A stretch of 52,560 nucleotides of DNA from NCBI GenBank assembly GCA_002477565.1, contig DLQL01000104.1, forward strand, positions 1-52,560. The letters are read 5' to 3'. Within the stretch, counting starts at the first letter, position 1. The number at the start of each line of letters is the position of its first letter. Of the stretch, positions 18,974-28,690 are shown in pieces. The notes below the pieces were generated by a model, which was not told the DNA's origin, searched no databases, and saw only the letters and a list, made by a program, of their open reading frames with translations. A program made the translations under genes and the position numbers. Source of the stretch: Flavobacteriaceae bacterium UBA7433 (GTDB taxonomy: Bacteria > Bacteroidota > Bacteroidia > Flavobacteriales > Flavobacteriaceae).

Positions 18974-19669
18974 TTATTTTGAGAATCCTTCTAGTTTTTC
19001 AAAAACCCGCTCTTTATTACTTCCTATTAATTTAGCTGGATAGCCTCCTATTATTGAAAAGGAAGGAAGGTTTAAATAACTTTTGTTGCATAGACTGTTT
19101 GATGCAACTGTGAAATTTTTAGGGGTTTTGGTGTTTTTCATCACGGTGATTCTATTTCCCAACCAATTGTACGAGCCAATTTCAATTTCTCCAATCATTT
19201 CTTCAATAGAGTTGTCAATTCGATTTCTTAGGTAATGAAAATTCGTGTCAAAAACTTGACACTCCCAACTGATGTCTATTTGATTTTTAAAAACAATTTT
19301 ATTGACACAAAATATTTTTGATTGTGCTCCTACAGTAACATTGTTTCCAAAACTCAAGACACCCTTTTTATCCACTCTTATCAAGCAACCATGGCCAATG
19401 TCCAAATTGCCATCAATGACAACAGTTCCTTTCAAATCAATCACAGTAGCTGAGTGTGGAAACATATCGGAGCCTCTGGCACCTATTTTAACAATCCCTC
19501 TTGAAATCTTCTTGTTCTTTAGAATTATTTTACCAGAGATGTTTTCAAATCGTATTTTGTGATTAAAAATAAATGGCAATTTCAAAGCCTGCTTGAATTT
19601 CAGCATTTTAAAATTGAAATACAGTGTTGCAAGAATGTTGAAGGAACGAAATCTTTTTAGGGGTCTCAT
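18974..19669 (-). CDS. Hexapeptide-repeat acyltransferase
   Basis: ISWECQVFDTNFH, IEIGSYNWLG, IIGGYPAK. Confidence 0.85.
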   Translation of the reverse strand: MRPLKRFRSFNILATLYFNFKMLKFKQALKLPFIFNHKIRFENISGKIILKNKKISRGIVKIGARGSDMFPHSATVIDLKGTVVIDGNLDIGHGCLIRVDKKGVLSFGNNVTVGAQSKIFCVNKIVFKNQIDISWECQVFDTNFHYLRNRIDNSIEEMIGEIEIGSYNWLGNRITVMKNTKTPKNFTVASNSLCNKSYLNLPSFSIIGGYPAKLIGSNKERVFEKLEGFSK

Positions 19670-19672
19670 TTT

Positions 19673-20668
19673 TTACCAGTATGTTGCCTCATCAATTTTC
19701 GAGGCTGTTTTTGGAGTGTCATCTTGCAATGGCCTGGTCCAATAGTTATTATAAAGACTGCAGTAAGGTTCCGCCATTAAAAATTCATGTTCTTTAAATT
19801 CATCAACTCCATAATTTGGGTTGTCCCATCTTTTTCCTTTGATGCCAAACAACAATTGCAAACCGCCTCCGATATGGAAAGCTTTTTTACCGATTCTTTT
19901 TACATGTGCTGCCAACGGTAACCCATATGCACCACAGCCAATAATGGCAATGTCAAAATCAATTTCATCAATTTGTTTTTTCATGTGTTCAAGAGCTTCA
20001 TGCCAATCGTTGAGGTCATTTGGTCTTATTCCTGCAGCAGATTGAACAGATTTAAGGGTGATTAGCTCAAACTCTGGAAGCACGTCAGAATTGTTAAAAA
20101 GTTTTTCCCGGATTGAGTATTGTTTTTTTATGGTGTCTTCAAAAGGGTGAATGACCAATACTTTTTTCCCTTTCAGCACCCGTGTCCACGGATTGTTGAC
20201 AAAGAAGGGATACAGTGCCTCGAGGTGTATATTCTGAACATTATCAGACAGAGGCATGAATTTTTCGTAGTATTGAAACGAGCCCAAAACATCGATTTCA
20301 GGGATATCTTTTAAATACCTTTTGGAAAAGCGTACTGCCATCTCTTTTGTCGGAGGGAAGACACCTGAATATTCATCCAGGTATTTGAAGTTTTTTTCAT
20401 CCCACCAAGGCAGGTGTGTTTTGTCAGAAATAAATTTTTTAAGTTTCTTGACGATTGGGTCTTTTTGGGTAATGCATAAATAGTTGTTGATTGTGATGAG
20501 TTCTGTGGTTCCAAATCTCGAAATCATACATGGACTCTTGGAACTTAACAATTTATAAATGAATTCATTAGCTAAAGTCCTATCTATTACACAATTGGGA
20601 TTTGTAAATCTTTTTTTGAAAAGAAAGAAATTTAATTTCCTGAAACATTTCATTAATTGGCTAAGCAT
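19673..20668 (-). CDS. Conserved polysaccharide-locus protein, possibly GT-D-fold-like
   Basis: MISRFGTTE, KKVLVIHPF, DFDIAIIGCGAYGLPLA..GGGLQLLFGIKGKRW; fold assignment from memory. Confidence 0.55.
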   Translation of the reverse strand: MLSQLMKCFRKLNFFLFKKRFTNPNCVIDRTLANEFIYKLLSSKSPCMISRFGTTELITINNYLCITQKDPIVKKLKKFISDKTHLPWWDEKNFKYLDEYSGVFPPTKEMAVRFSKRYLKDIPEIDVLGSFQYYEKFMPLSDNVQNIHLEALYPFFVNNPWTRVLKGKKVLVIHPFEDTIKKQYSIREKLFNNSDVLPEFELITLKSVQSAAGIRPNDLNDWHEALEHMKKQIDEIDFDIAIIGCGAYGLPLAAHVKRIGKKAFHIGGGLQLLFGIKGKRWDNPNYGVDEFKEHEFLMAEPYCSLYNNYWTRPLQDDTPKTASKIDEATYW

Positions 20669-20679
20669 GGTCTAAAGAT

Positions 20680-20832
20680 AAAAAAGTTTTAAAATTATTC
20701 ACAAAGAAGCTGAAAGATATTTTATTTGTTACTATTAATTGAGGTTCAAATGCAATGATTTTTTTCTAAAAAATTGTTGGCAATTTAAGTATTTAAGGGG
20801 ATTCTTTTTGAAAGGTTTTTAAAATACATCAT
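20680..20832 (-). pseudogene. Possible remnant of an FkbM-type methyltransferase
   Basis: An ATG overlaps the GT4 stop (MMYFKNLSKRIP..); a shifted frame then reads KKIIAFEPQLIVTNKIS..VNNF. Confidence 0.3.
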
Positions 20833-21953
20833 TGATTGGGTCTTGTTTTTTCTAAAAACTGTTGATATCGAATTCCGTAGGCCTCCCAAGAAAATTTGCT
20901 TTCTAAAGATTTGGAATAGGATCTTTTTCCTTTTTGTGTTTTTGAGATGTCCAATGCAATCTTGACACACTCAGTTAATTCTTTACAATTATAGTCTTCC
21001 ATAACGGTGATAAATTTGTCGTCTTCAAGCAGGTCTTTTATCTCTTTTGAACCTGTTTCACCTGAGCATACGACAGGCAAACCACAAGCAATCGCCTGCG
21101 TCAAAACCATCCCAAATCCATCTTCTCTCGAGGGGAGAATTAATATCTTGGATTTTTTGTAATAATCGATGATTTTTTTTTCATTTACAGCACTAACATG
21201 AACGATGTTTTTTAAGTTGGAAAGAGGAACATCTCCAACGGTCCCCAAATGAATCAAACTCAATTCAGGATTTTTTTTGCACAATTCAATCATCAAATCA
21301 GCTCCTTTTCGATACGACCATTGACCGACAAAAATCATGTCAAAATGAGATTTAGCATCCAGTTCTGTCGGTTGAAAGTCAGTTAAATCTACACCGTACG
21401 GATTTACAAATAGTTTTTTTTTGGGAATCCCATGTCTAACAAAACTTTCGGCTACATAATTTGAGGGAATGCTTATGTAATCAGCATGTTCGTAACCAGC
21501 TAAATCCCGCTGAATATTTTTTTCAGAAATTGTTGATTTTTTAAGAGGATTCTCTTTTAATAGATCAATGAAATTTAAGACATGACTCGTCCCTCTCTCT
21601 AAAAACACCGTGGCATTGAATTTGTTTTTTGCAACCAATAGCGACTTTAGGTGCATTGGACTGTGTCCGATAAAGACATCACAAGGTTCCATAATTCTAG
21701 ATATGTACCAGTCAAAAAATCGATGGTACATATAAACAGCCCATTGCGCTCTTTTTGTTATTCTTAACAGCAGCAAAAACGGCAAAGCAATGGTGAAATA
21801 ATTTTTGTTGTGTTCTTTTTTTAACCCGAACACCTTTGCCCGTTTATTGGGAAGGTAGGAATAGAAATTTACGCTATGTCCATGTTTTATGAGTTCTATT
21901 GAAAGATTCAGCAGGTGACTTCTTCCCCCAAAAGAGGCAATGTTAATTTTCAT
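20829..21953 (-). CDS. GT4 glycosyltransferase
   Basis: NPYGVD, FVGQWSYRKG, PSREDGFGMVLTQAIACGLPV. Confidence 0.9.
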   Translation of the reverse strand: MKINIASFGGRSHLLNLSIELIKHGHSVNFYSYLPNKRAKVFGLKKEHNKNYFTIALPFLLLLRITKRAQWAVYMYHRFFDWYISRIMEPCDVFIGHSPMHLKSLLVAKNKFNATVFLERGTSHVLNFIDLLKENPLKKSTISEKNIQRDLAGYEHADYISIPSNYVAESFVRHGIPKKKLFVNPYGVDLTDFQPTELDAKSHFDMIFVGQWSYRKGADLMIELCKKNPELSLIHLGTVGDVPLSNLKNIVHVSAVNEKKIIDYYKKSKILILPSREDGFGMVLTQAIACGLPVVCSGETGSKEIKDLLEDDKFITVMEDYNCKELTECVKIALDISKTQKGKRSYSKSLESKFSWEAYGIRYQQFLEKTRPNQ

Positions 21954-23217
21954 ATTTTTTTATTTTTTTTGTCAAAGAAAACCCTTTCAAATGACTTCTT
22001 AAATACGCTTTTATTTCCCTTTCGTTCATAGCTCTGAGCTCTCTGTTAAGACACATCCCGATCATAAAAAAACTAGATAAGGTGTTAAGGTTATACATTA
22101 GTCGGTCTGCAATAAATGACATCACAAAACCAATCGAAACAAACAGGCCTAATGTAATCATAAACCAGTTTTTCGATTGATAGATTGCCAAATACGATGC
22201 TCTTGCAATTAGTACAAGGTATATCAATCCTCCACACACACCTCCCCATTGGTAATAATTCAGGATACGAGTTTCAGTACCTCTTCGTCCTTCTTCATAA
22301 ACTTTTCTAAAAGTTTGATTGTTTTCGTTTTTAGTAAGGAACGTGTCGGTTTTACCAGACCCCCCCAATCCAATTAAAACCTTGTTTTGTTTTAAAAGTG
22401 CTGAGTGTACATCATTGTAGATCCCGGTTCTCGAATCGACCAACAAGTCTTGCTTTTGCTTGTTTTCTTCGTTGGAGAGTTCAATGGATTCAAAACTTGC
22501 CCCGTGTTCAAAGACATTAAGGATGCCTGATGCCCCCAAAACAGCGAATAACAAAGGGAAAAACAGAAGTGTTTTTCTCAAGGCCTTAAATAAAATCAAT
22601 ATCTCATTACTTCTAAAGTAATAAGGTAAGATGCAAGAAATAATCAAAAGGCCATACAGGAGTGATGCGCGAACTCTGATGTCATAAGAGAAAATAACAA
22701 TAAGAACTAGAATAACAAAAAATTTGAGTTTTTTGTTTAAATAGGGGAACATTAAAAGGATTAAAAAAGAACATGATAAGGTCTTGACAAAACCATAAGG
22801 ACCCGTATCGTCTTTACCAAGAATTAAGATGAAAATAAAAGGAATAGCAATCAACAAAGCACGGATGAATGGGCCAACATATTTTTTTTGTGCGCCCAAA
22901 TAAATAGTTAAGGGAAAAAAAATAAAATTTGCAATCATATTTGATAAAAGAACTGTCCAATCTTGTAAGGACTTTGCATCGTAAATACCTCTTGCAAAGA
23001 TGAAAATCCAGTAAAGAAGAAATATCAGAACTGTTTTTTTTTCATCCATCAAAACAAATCTTTCTGTAAAAATCAGTACTAATACAAGAAGCAATGATGG
23101 ATACAAGGTTAAAAGTGTAGGAATAACTACTACACCAGGATTGAAACTGATATACAAAGTAGGAATCAAAGAAACCAAAACAATGAACTTTATAAAAGAG
23201 ATCTTATTAATCATCAA
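21943..23217 (-). CDS. wzy: Putative Wzy polymerase
   Basis: About 11 TM segments with a periplasmic loop (DSRTGIY..RRGTE); directly after the flippase. Confidence 0.65.
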   Translation of the reverse strand: MMINKISFIKFIVLVSLIPTLYISFNPGVVVIPTLLTLYPSLLLVLVLIFTERFVLMDEKKTVLIFLLYWIFIFARGIYDAKSLQDWTVLLSNMIANFIFFPLTIYLGAQKKYVGPFIRALLIAIPFIFILILGKDDTGPYGFVKTLSCSFLILLMFPYLNKKLKFFVILVLIVIFSYDIRVRASLLYGLLIISCILPYYFRSNEILILFKALRKTLLFFPLLFAVLGASGILNVFEHGASFESIELSNEENKQKQDLLVDSRTGIYNDVHSALLKQNKVLIGLGGSGKTDTFLTKNENNQTFRKVYEEGRRGTETRILNYYQWGGVCGGLIYLVLIARASYLAIYQSKNWFMITLGLFVSIGFVMSFIADRLMYNLNTLSSFFMIGMCLNRELRAMNEREIKAYLRSHLKGFSLTKKIKKYEN

Positions 23218-24694
23218 TTTTATTTTTAGAATCGCTGTTCGATTTGAATCTTCTGGGTGATTGAAATTTAATCATTTCATCCCCAAATCTTTGGTTTCGT
23301 TCAGCATGTTTGGCTTCTAATTTTTTTCCGAATACCTGTACTGTCATGTTTTTGAAATCTTTGAACCCCTCAGTTATTAGGTCTATCTTTTTTATTTTCA
23401 GTAGTTTGCAAGCGTAGGGAAGCATGAGAAATGAAAGTATTAGATCTAAGGATAAACTTCCAATGGCAACGCCATTCAAACCTATGTATTGTCCCAAAAA
23501 ATAAGAAGCGACAACAGATACAATGGAAGCTAAAATACCAGACAATGCAAAAAAATAGGGTTTGTCAAGAGCGGAATACACCATTGTCGAAGCCCACCAA
23601 AGCGAATTAAATAAAATGCTTACAATGAAGATATTCCACATTATAACAGGCACTTCGATTGCAGAATTTGTCCAGATTTCATAAAACCAGAGGCCAAATA
23701 CTGAAAGAGAAAAGACGCCAATCATTGCTACAAAAAAAACAGTGATTATCGAGACTCTAAATAACTTATGATATTTTTTTGTGTTTCCCTGTGCAATTTC
23801 ATATTGAAATTCTGGGAGGATTGTTTGAGTGACCATATTGATCACTTGATTTACAGTTCTACTCAGTTTTCTTACGGTATTGAAAAGCGTGACTGCTTCC
23901 GGGCCCAAAATAATTCGAACGACAAATGTAGTCCCCTGAAAATAAATGGACTGCCAAACTGGAGACATGAGGTATGCAATTCCCTTTTGAGCAATGCTTT
24001 TGGCGTATTTCTTTTTTATGCTTCCTTTGTACTCCGTTTCAATTTTTAAAACGTTCAATGCTTTGAAAGCATAAAAAGCAGTAAACAAGATAGTAATTGC
24101 CAATTCAGTTATTGCATAAGGAATGATTCCGTACCCCAAGTTTAAAATAAACAATCCACCAATTAATACAGAGATGAACTTTATGTTTACCAAATGAATA
24201 CTCAAAGAAGCTTTTCGAGCAGCAACATAGCGACCTGAAAAAAGGGGATTGTAAAATCCAATCAAACGGGCCAGAATAAGAAGTGATACTGCCCAAATCG
24301 CTTCTTCTTTCTGGATTAAAGATTTTTCAAATACTTCAAATTCATTCAAGACGAATAGCGCAATTGCACTGATGATAATTCCACAAACCAATGCAATTGT
24401 CACTAATGCAAAGCCGGTTTTAAAAATGTCTTCTGCTTTTTTTTTTGCTTTTGACCCGTAGTTCAAAACAAAACGATTGGATACTGCTGTGCCAAAACCA
24501 AAGTTAGATAAGCTTAATACCGTGGGAATCATTGTCAATGTCAACCATTCTCCATAGTAGGCTACTCCCCAATTGTAAATAAAAAAAGGAACCAACAGCA
24601 ATGAGTCCAACATCAACACAGCTTTTCTGCTACCGGTTGCGATGCTGTTTTTTAATAAGTTTTTTTTTAGTGTCCCCATTTTAATTTTTGACAA
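23207..24694 (-). CDS. wzx: Wzx flippase (MOP family)
   Basis: 12-14 TMs, LLVPFFIYNWGVAYYGEW and LGPEAVTLFN motifs. Confidence 0.85.
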   Translation of the reverse strand: MSKIKMGTLKKNLLKNSIATGSRKAVLMLDSLLLVPFFIYNWGVAYYGEWLTLTMIPTVLSLSNFGFGTAVSNRFVLNYGSKAKKKAEDIFKTGFALVTIALVCGIIISAIALFVLNEFEVFEKSLIQKEEAIWAVSLLILARLIGFYNPLFSGRYVAARKASLSIHLVNIKFISVLIGGLFILNLGYGIIPYAITELAITILFTAFYAFKALNVLKIETEYKGSIKKKYAKSIAQKGIAYLMSPVWQSIYFQGTTFVVRIILGPEAVTLFNTVRKLSRTVNQVINMVTQTILPEFQYEIAQGNTKKYHKLFRVSIITVFFVAMIGVFSLSVFGLWFYEIWTNSAIEVPVIMWNIFIVSILFNSLWWASTMVYSALDKPYFFALSGILASIVSVVASYFLGQYIGLNGVAIGSLSLDLILSFLMLPYACKLLKIKKIDLITEGFKDFKNMTVQVFGKKLEAKHAERNQRFGDEMIKFQSPRRFKSNSDSKNKIDD

Positions 24695-24759
24695 TCTAAA
24701 AGATGCAATTAAACATCTTTAAAATTTTTCATTGAGTCGCGAGTTTTTTTTCGTTAATT

Positions 24760-25467
24760 TTATGATATGAACAATTCATAAATTTTATTGGCTTCTTCCA
24801 TCAATTTTTTTTCCTTCTCACTTTTCAATTCATTCTTCACTATTTTTTTTTCATTTTCTCTAAATTCAGTTGGAAACATATGATTCCTAGGTTTTTTTGT
24901 GTCAATATTTTTTACTGTTGTAGCAACATCTTTAATAACAGTAAAATTTGTGGAATATTTTTCGTTAAAATCAACAATTATTTTGCTAAAATTAGTGGTT
25001 ATGTCTTCAAACCTTCCGATAACAAAAAGATCTTTTTTTTCTAAAAGAGAAGAATAAAATATAATGTACCATTTAAGATACCAATAAATAGGAGTTTCTA
25101 TGTGTTTTTCATTGCGAATAATGGCATCTTCTTTAGTCAAGACCTTTAATGAAAGCACAGCATCTTCGGGTTTTCTTACAAGCACAAGAGTTGGCACACC
25201 TAACCGGATTGCTTCTAAAACATTTGTATGTGAATGCATGTGCGTTGCAATACCGTTGTTTATACCGCTGCATATTTTGAATGCAGCAACTGTAAAGCTA
25301 TTCGCAGACCTAGGAAACCCCTCTATGCACATAGTTGAGTTTTTTGTAACCAATCTGAATGCTGTCTTTTTATTTGTTATCTTAAAATAGAGCTTTGCAA
25401 TGTTATTGTATTGTTTGGGGTAATTTTTTTGTAAAAGTATTCTTATGTATAATTTAATTTTTTTCAT
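24760..25467 (-). CDS. PAPS-dependent sulfotransferase-like protein
   Basis: 5'-PSB-like IEGFPRSANSF and 3'-PB-like VLVRKPEDAVLS; next to cysC/cysQ. Confidence 0.72.
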   Translation of the reverse strand: MKKIKLYIRILLQKNYPKQYNNIAKLYFKITNKKTAFRLVTKNSTMCIEGFPRSANSFTVAAFKICSGINNGIATHMHSHTNVLEAIRLGVPTLVLVRKPEDAVLSLKVLTKEDAIIRNEKHIETPIYWYLKWYIIFYSSLLEKKDLFVIGRFEDITTNFSKIIVDFNEKYSTNFTVIKDVATTVKNIDTKKPRNHMFPTEFRENEKKIVKNELKSEKEKKLMEEANKIYELFIS

Positions 25468-25521
25468 TAACTATTTTAAATTTTGGAATGATATTACTTA
25501 AAATATAAATCTATTGAATGT

Positions 25522-26538
25522 TTAGTTTGCTTTAAGATATTGATACTTGATCATTTCTTTCCTTGTGTAACCCAATTTATTTAAGAGTTCTAAGTTGCTT
25601 TTCTCATATATTTTGAAAACTTTTAATTTTTCGTCGGCAGTAAGTCCCCTTGATTTATTTTTAAATTTAAGATCTAAAATAGCATTCGGGACGCTTTTAA
25701 TTAGTTTGATTTTTATTTCTTTTGCTTTCTCGGGTCTGATTAAAAAACGTAGGTATTTACTGTAAAAATATTTTAGTTTATTAACCAAGCTACTTGGGCT
25801 TGCTTCTATTTGATTTAAAGTGTTTTTAATTGTGACATTTTTTTTGTTTTTCTGGAATGCATATTTGGTAACAAAACCTTTATCAATACAAAACAGTGAT
25901 GACAGTGTATTCAAAACACTACTTTGCTTGTGTTTTAAATCTTCAAAGAGACAAACCTTAACGTTGTCTTCTCCAAATTCCTTTACATATGAATTGTATA
26001 TGAGATTGTAATTAAAAATTATTTTAGAGTCAGTTAAAACTTCAAAAAAATTAGTTTCTAACCATTTACTCATTTTTTTAAATCTAGGTTGGATAGAAGT
26101 AATGTGATTGAATAGTTGAGCATAAAATGAGGGGATTATAGTCACCTGAGCTCTCGTAAACATTAGAATTTGGATTTCATCAAAATATGGTGAAAATATC
26201 TTTCGAATTCTTCTTGCATTTTTTTTGGCATTTGAATTGTGGATTGCCATCGAATAATCTTCGCTAAAAAATGAAATGTTTTCATTTGAGATAACCGAGA
26301 TAGGATTATTTATAAGTTTAATCTTTTCAAGTTCCTCTTCAAAATCAAAATCATTTGACATACCCATGACATAACTCAGTGTTTTTCTGCAATAAAAGTC
26401 ACCTAAATACGATGACTTTTTATTCAGATGATTCAAGTATTCGATTTTATTTTCTTCATGCATTTTAGCATAAAAATTCAATTGCATTGAAGTCGTAGCT
26501 GTTTTTGGGTATCCGATATGAATGATAAGTTTTTTCAT
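25522..26538 (-). CDS. PAPS-dependent sulfotransferase-like protein
   Basis: Start reset to MKKLIIHIGYPKTATTSMQ (5'-PSB-like); FTRAQ....SFY 3'-PB-like. Confidence 0.75.
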   Translation of the reverse strand: MKKLIIHIGYPKTATTSMQLNFYAKMHEENKIEYLNHLNKKSSYLGDFYCRKTLSYVMGMSNDFDFEEELEKIKLINNPISVISNENISFFSEDYSMAIHNSNAKKNARRIRKIFSPYFDEIQILMFTRAQVTIIPSFYAQLFNHITSIQPRFKKMSKWLETNFFEVLTDSKIIFNYNLIYNSYVKEFGEDNVKVCLFEDLKHKQSSVLNTLSSLFCIDKGFVTKYAFQKNKKNVTIKNTLNQIEASPSSLVNKLKYFYSKYLRFLIRPEKAKEIKIKLIKSVPNAILDLKFKNKSRGLTADEKLKVFKIYEKSNLELLNKLGYTRKEMIKYQYLKAN

Positions 26539-26546
26539 GCGTTTTT

Positions 26547-27338
26547 TTAGGGCTTTACCAAAAACCAATTGTTCAACAATTCTTCTCTGTTGTAAAGCAT
26601 GGGTTCTTTTGTCTTCCAATCAATGACTTTAAATCCTGCGTGTTCGCAAATGGCTTGTCCTGCTGCCGTGTCCCATTCCATGGTAGGAGCAAAACGAGGG
26701 TAACAATCGGCTTGCCCTTCTGCAACCATGCACAACTTTAAAGAACTTCCTTTCGAAATCAATTTGACGTCTCCGTGTTTCATGCGCATTTCCTGTACAT
26801 AAGCCTCTGTATCTTGAGACATATGGGAACGACTGGCCACGATGGTAAAGGTTTTGTTTGTGCGTTTTAAAGGCAATTTGTTTCCTTTTGAAATTATAGT
26901 TGTAACATCATAATTTTCAAGATCGACATTCAATTTGTACGAACCTTTCTCTCTAGTGGAAAAATACAAGTCCTTAGTAGCAGGTACAAATATTACTCCA
27001 ATTGAGGGTTTTTGATTTTCGATTAAGGCAATGTTTACCGTAAACTCTCCGTTTCTTTTGATGAATTCTTTGGTGCCGTCAATCGGATCTACAATCCACA
27101 ACTGCTTCCATCCTTTGCGTTCTTTAAAAGGAATCGCTTTGCCTTCTTCCGAAAGAATTGGAATGTTCGTTTTTTCTAAATAAGCTGCGATTTTTTGATG
27201 TGATGCCATATCGGCTTTGGTCAAGGGAGAGTTGTCTCCTTTGACTTGGATATCAAAATCGCCAGATTGGTAAATTTCGAGAATGGCTTTTCCCGCCTCC
27301 AATGCAGCTGTAATTGCCGAATATAAGTGTTTCTCCAT
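26547..27338 (-). CDS. cysQ: 3'(2'),5'-bisphosphate nucleotidase
   Basis: SPLTKAD, LSEE, IVDPIDGTKEF, GSSLKLC, WDTAAGQA. Confidence 0.96.
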   Translation of the reverse strand: MEKHLYSAITAALEAGKAILEIYQSGDFDIQVKGDNSPLTKADMASHQKIAAYLEKTNIPILSEEGKAIPFKERKGWKQLWIVDPIDGTKEFIKRNGEFTVNIALIENQKPSIGVIFVPATKDLYFSTREKGSYKLNVDLENYDVTTIISKGNKLPLKRTNKTFTIVASRSHMSQDTEAYVQEMRMKHGDVKLISKGSSLKLCMVAEGQADCYPRFAPTMEWDTAAGQAICEHAGFKVIDWKTKEPMLYNREELLNNWFLVKP

Positions 27339-27412
27339 CTCAGGAATTTCGTTTAATTGTGGTCTTGAAATTAAGTTAAATCAGTGTTGGCACGTCAGTT
27401 ATTGTATCAACA

Positions 27413-27548
27413 TTTTTTTGCCAGATATCTCAATTAAATCGACTTTTGCTTCTAGAAAAGAGCTTGTCAGGATTTTTAAATTGAGTTGAAATTTCTCGAA
27501 AGACAAATTTGATTTTCGATGAAAGCTCTCCCAGGGGTTTAATTTATA
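27413..27548 (-). pseudogene. cysD: Decayed 5' fragment of sulfate adenylyltransferase subunit 2
   Basis: Across two frameshifts reads YKLN / LGELSSKIKFVFREISTQFKNPDKLFSRSK / SI*LRYLAKK, against the CysD pattern YLxELESEAIxxFREVxxQFENPVxLFSGGKDSIxLxHLAKK; lies right after cysC. Confidence 0.75.
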
Positions 27549-27561
27549 AACAACCAATCTT

Positions 27562-28149
27562 TTAAAGTGCTTTTTGAGTTAGAAAACGCATTATTTTTTT
27601 GAGAGACATTTCTGTCGTTTCGTTTTCTGTGGCAATTTCAAGATCAGGTTGGGTCGGAGCTTCGTAAGGTGCTGAAATACCCGTCATGTTTTGAATTTCT
27701 CCTGCCCGCGCTTTTTTGTACAATCCTTTCACATCACGACGTTCGCACTCTTCCAAACTCGTATTGACATAAATTTCAATAAAATTTGATGCTCCAACCG
27801 TTTTTTTGATGTTTTCACGATCTTTCAAATAAGGTGAGATAAAAGCTCCGAGAGTGATGATTCCCGCATCGATCATCAAATGGGCGATTTCTGAAATTCT
27901 TCGAATGTTTTCGGTCCGGTCTTCAGCAGAGAAAGTCAAATTTTTGTTAATACCTCTTCGGATGTTGTCTCCGTCTAAGGTATAGGTGGAATGTCCCAAC
28001 TTGTGTAATTCTAGCTCTACCAAATTGGCCAGGGTCGATTTCCCAGAACCGGATAGTCCTGTAAACCAAATTAAAAAGGAGGGATGCTTGTGAAGCCTTT
28101 GCCGTTCTTTTTTCGATAATTTGTAGTGTTGTTGGAAAGTATTCTCCAT
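27562..28149 (-). CDS. cysC: Adenylyl-sulfate (APS) kinase
   Basis: IWFTGLSGSGKST, LDGDNIR, RDVKGLY, TGISAPYEAP; start reset to MENTFQ. Confidence 0.96.
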   Translation of the reverse strand: MENTFQQHYKLSKKERQRLHKHPSFLIWFTGLSGSGKSTLANLVELELHKLGHSTYTLDGDNIRRGINKNLTFSAEDRTENIRRISEIAHLMIDAGIITLGAFISPYLKDRENIKKTVGASNFIEIYVNTSLEECERRDVKGLYKKARAGEIQNMTGISAPYEAPTQPDLEIATENETTEMSLKKIMRFLTQKAL

Positions 28150-28178
28150 TTCAAAGTAATTAGAATTGTTTGTTCTCT

Positions 28179-28589
28179 TTAAATATTCCTTTTTCTCTGG
28201 TTCAAACCATAATTGATGCGGTACCACAATTTTTCGTGCAAAAAATACAAAATCATTTTTGTAAATACCTCAAATCCACCAATTTTTAGACCTGTTAAAG
28301 AGTTTCCTGTAATCACCCATCCCAATAGAAAAGTGTCTACTGTCCCAACTGCTCGCCAGGAAAAAGTTTTCAAGATGTGCCGCTTGTTGCTGTCTGTCAT
28401 TTTGGATTGGAACCAAGCCCGCTCGTGAGCGAAGTAGAGGAGCATCTTCGTGAACAACTCCGCAAAACCTATCTGAAATCCTGTCAAAAGGCTTCCTGTT
28501 ATCAACCAAGATAAAAAGAGCGTGTCAAGGGTTCCAATGCAGCGCCATGTTAGCGTCTTTGCAAGGTGTCTTTTGCTGATTTCAAGCAT
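28179..28589 (-). CDS. Tandem DUF2061 small membrane protein
   Basis: Two copies of KRH..KT.(T/S)WR..GT.DT......ITG..LTG..IG..E.FTKM.LY..HE..W. Confidence 0.85.
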   Translation of the reverse strand: MLEISKRHLAKTLTWRCIGTLDTLFLSWLITGSLLTGFQIGFAELFTKMLLYFAHERAWFQSKMTDSNKRHILKTFSWRAVGTVDTFLLGWVITGNSLTGLKIGGFEVFTKMILYFLHEKLWYRINYGLNQRKRNI

Positions 28590-28690
28590 TTTTTAATGTT
28601 GGTGATTTGTAATTGCTGATTTATTTTAAATTTTATGCCATCTGATAAGTGCCTTTTTTCATGAAACTTACTTTCATTGCTTGATAAAAC

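Noticed and set aside
17206-25040. Other 8-10 nt A/T homopolymers in capsule genes (e.g. T10 at 24437-24446 in wzx)
   Set aside because: All in frame and frequent throughout this AT-rich sequence.
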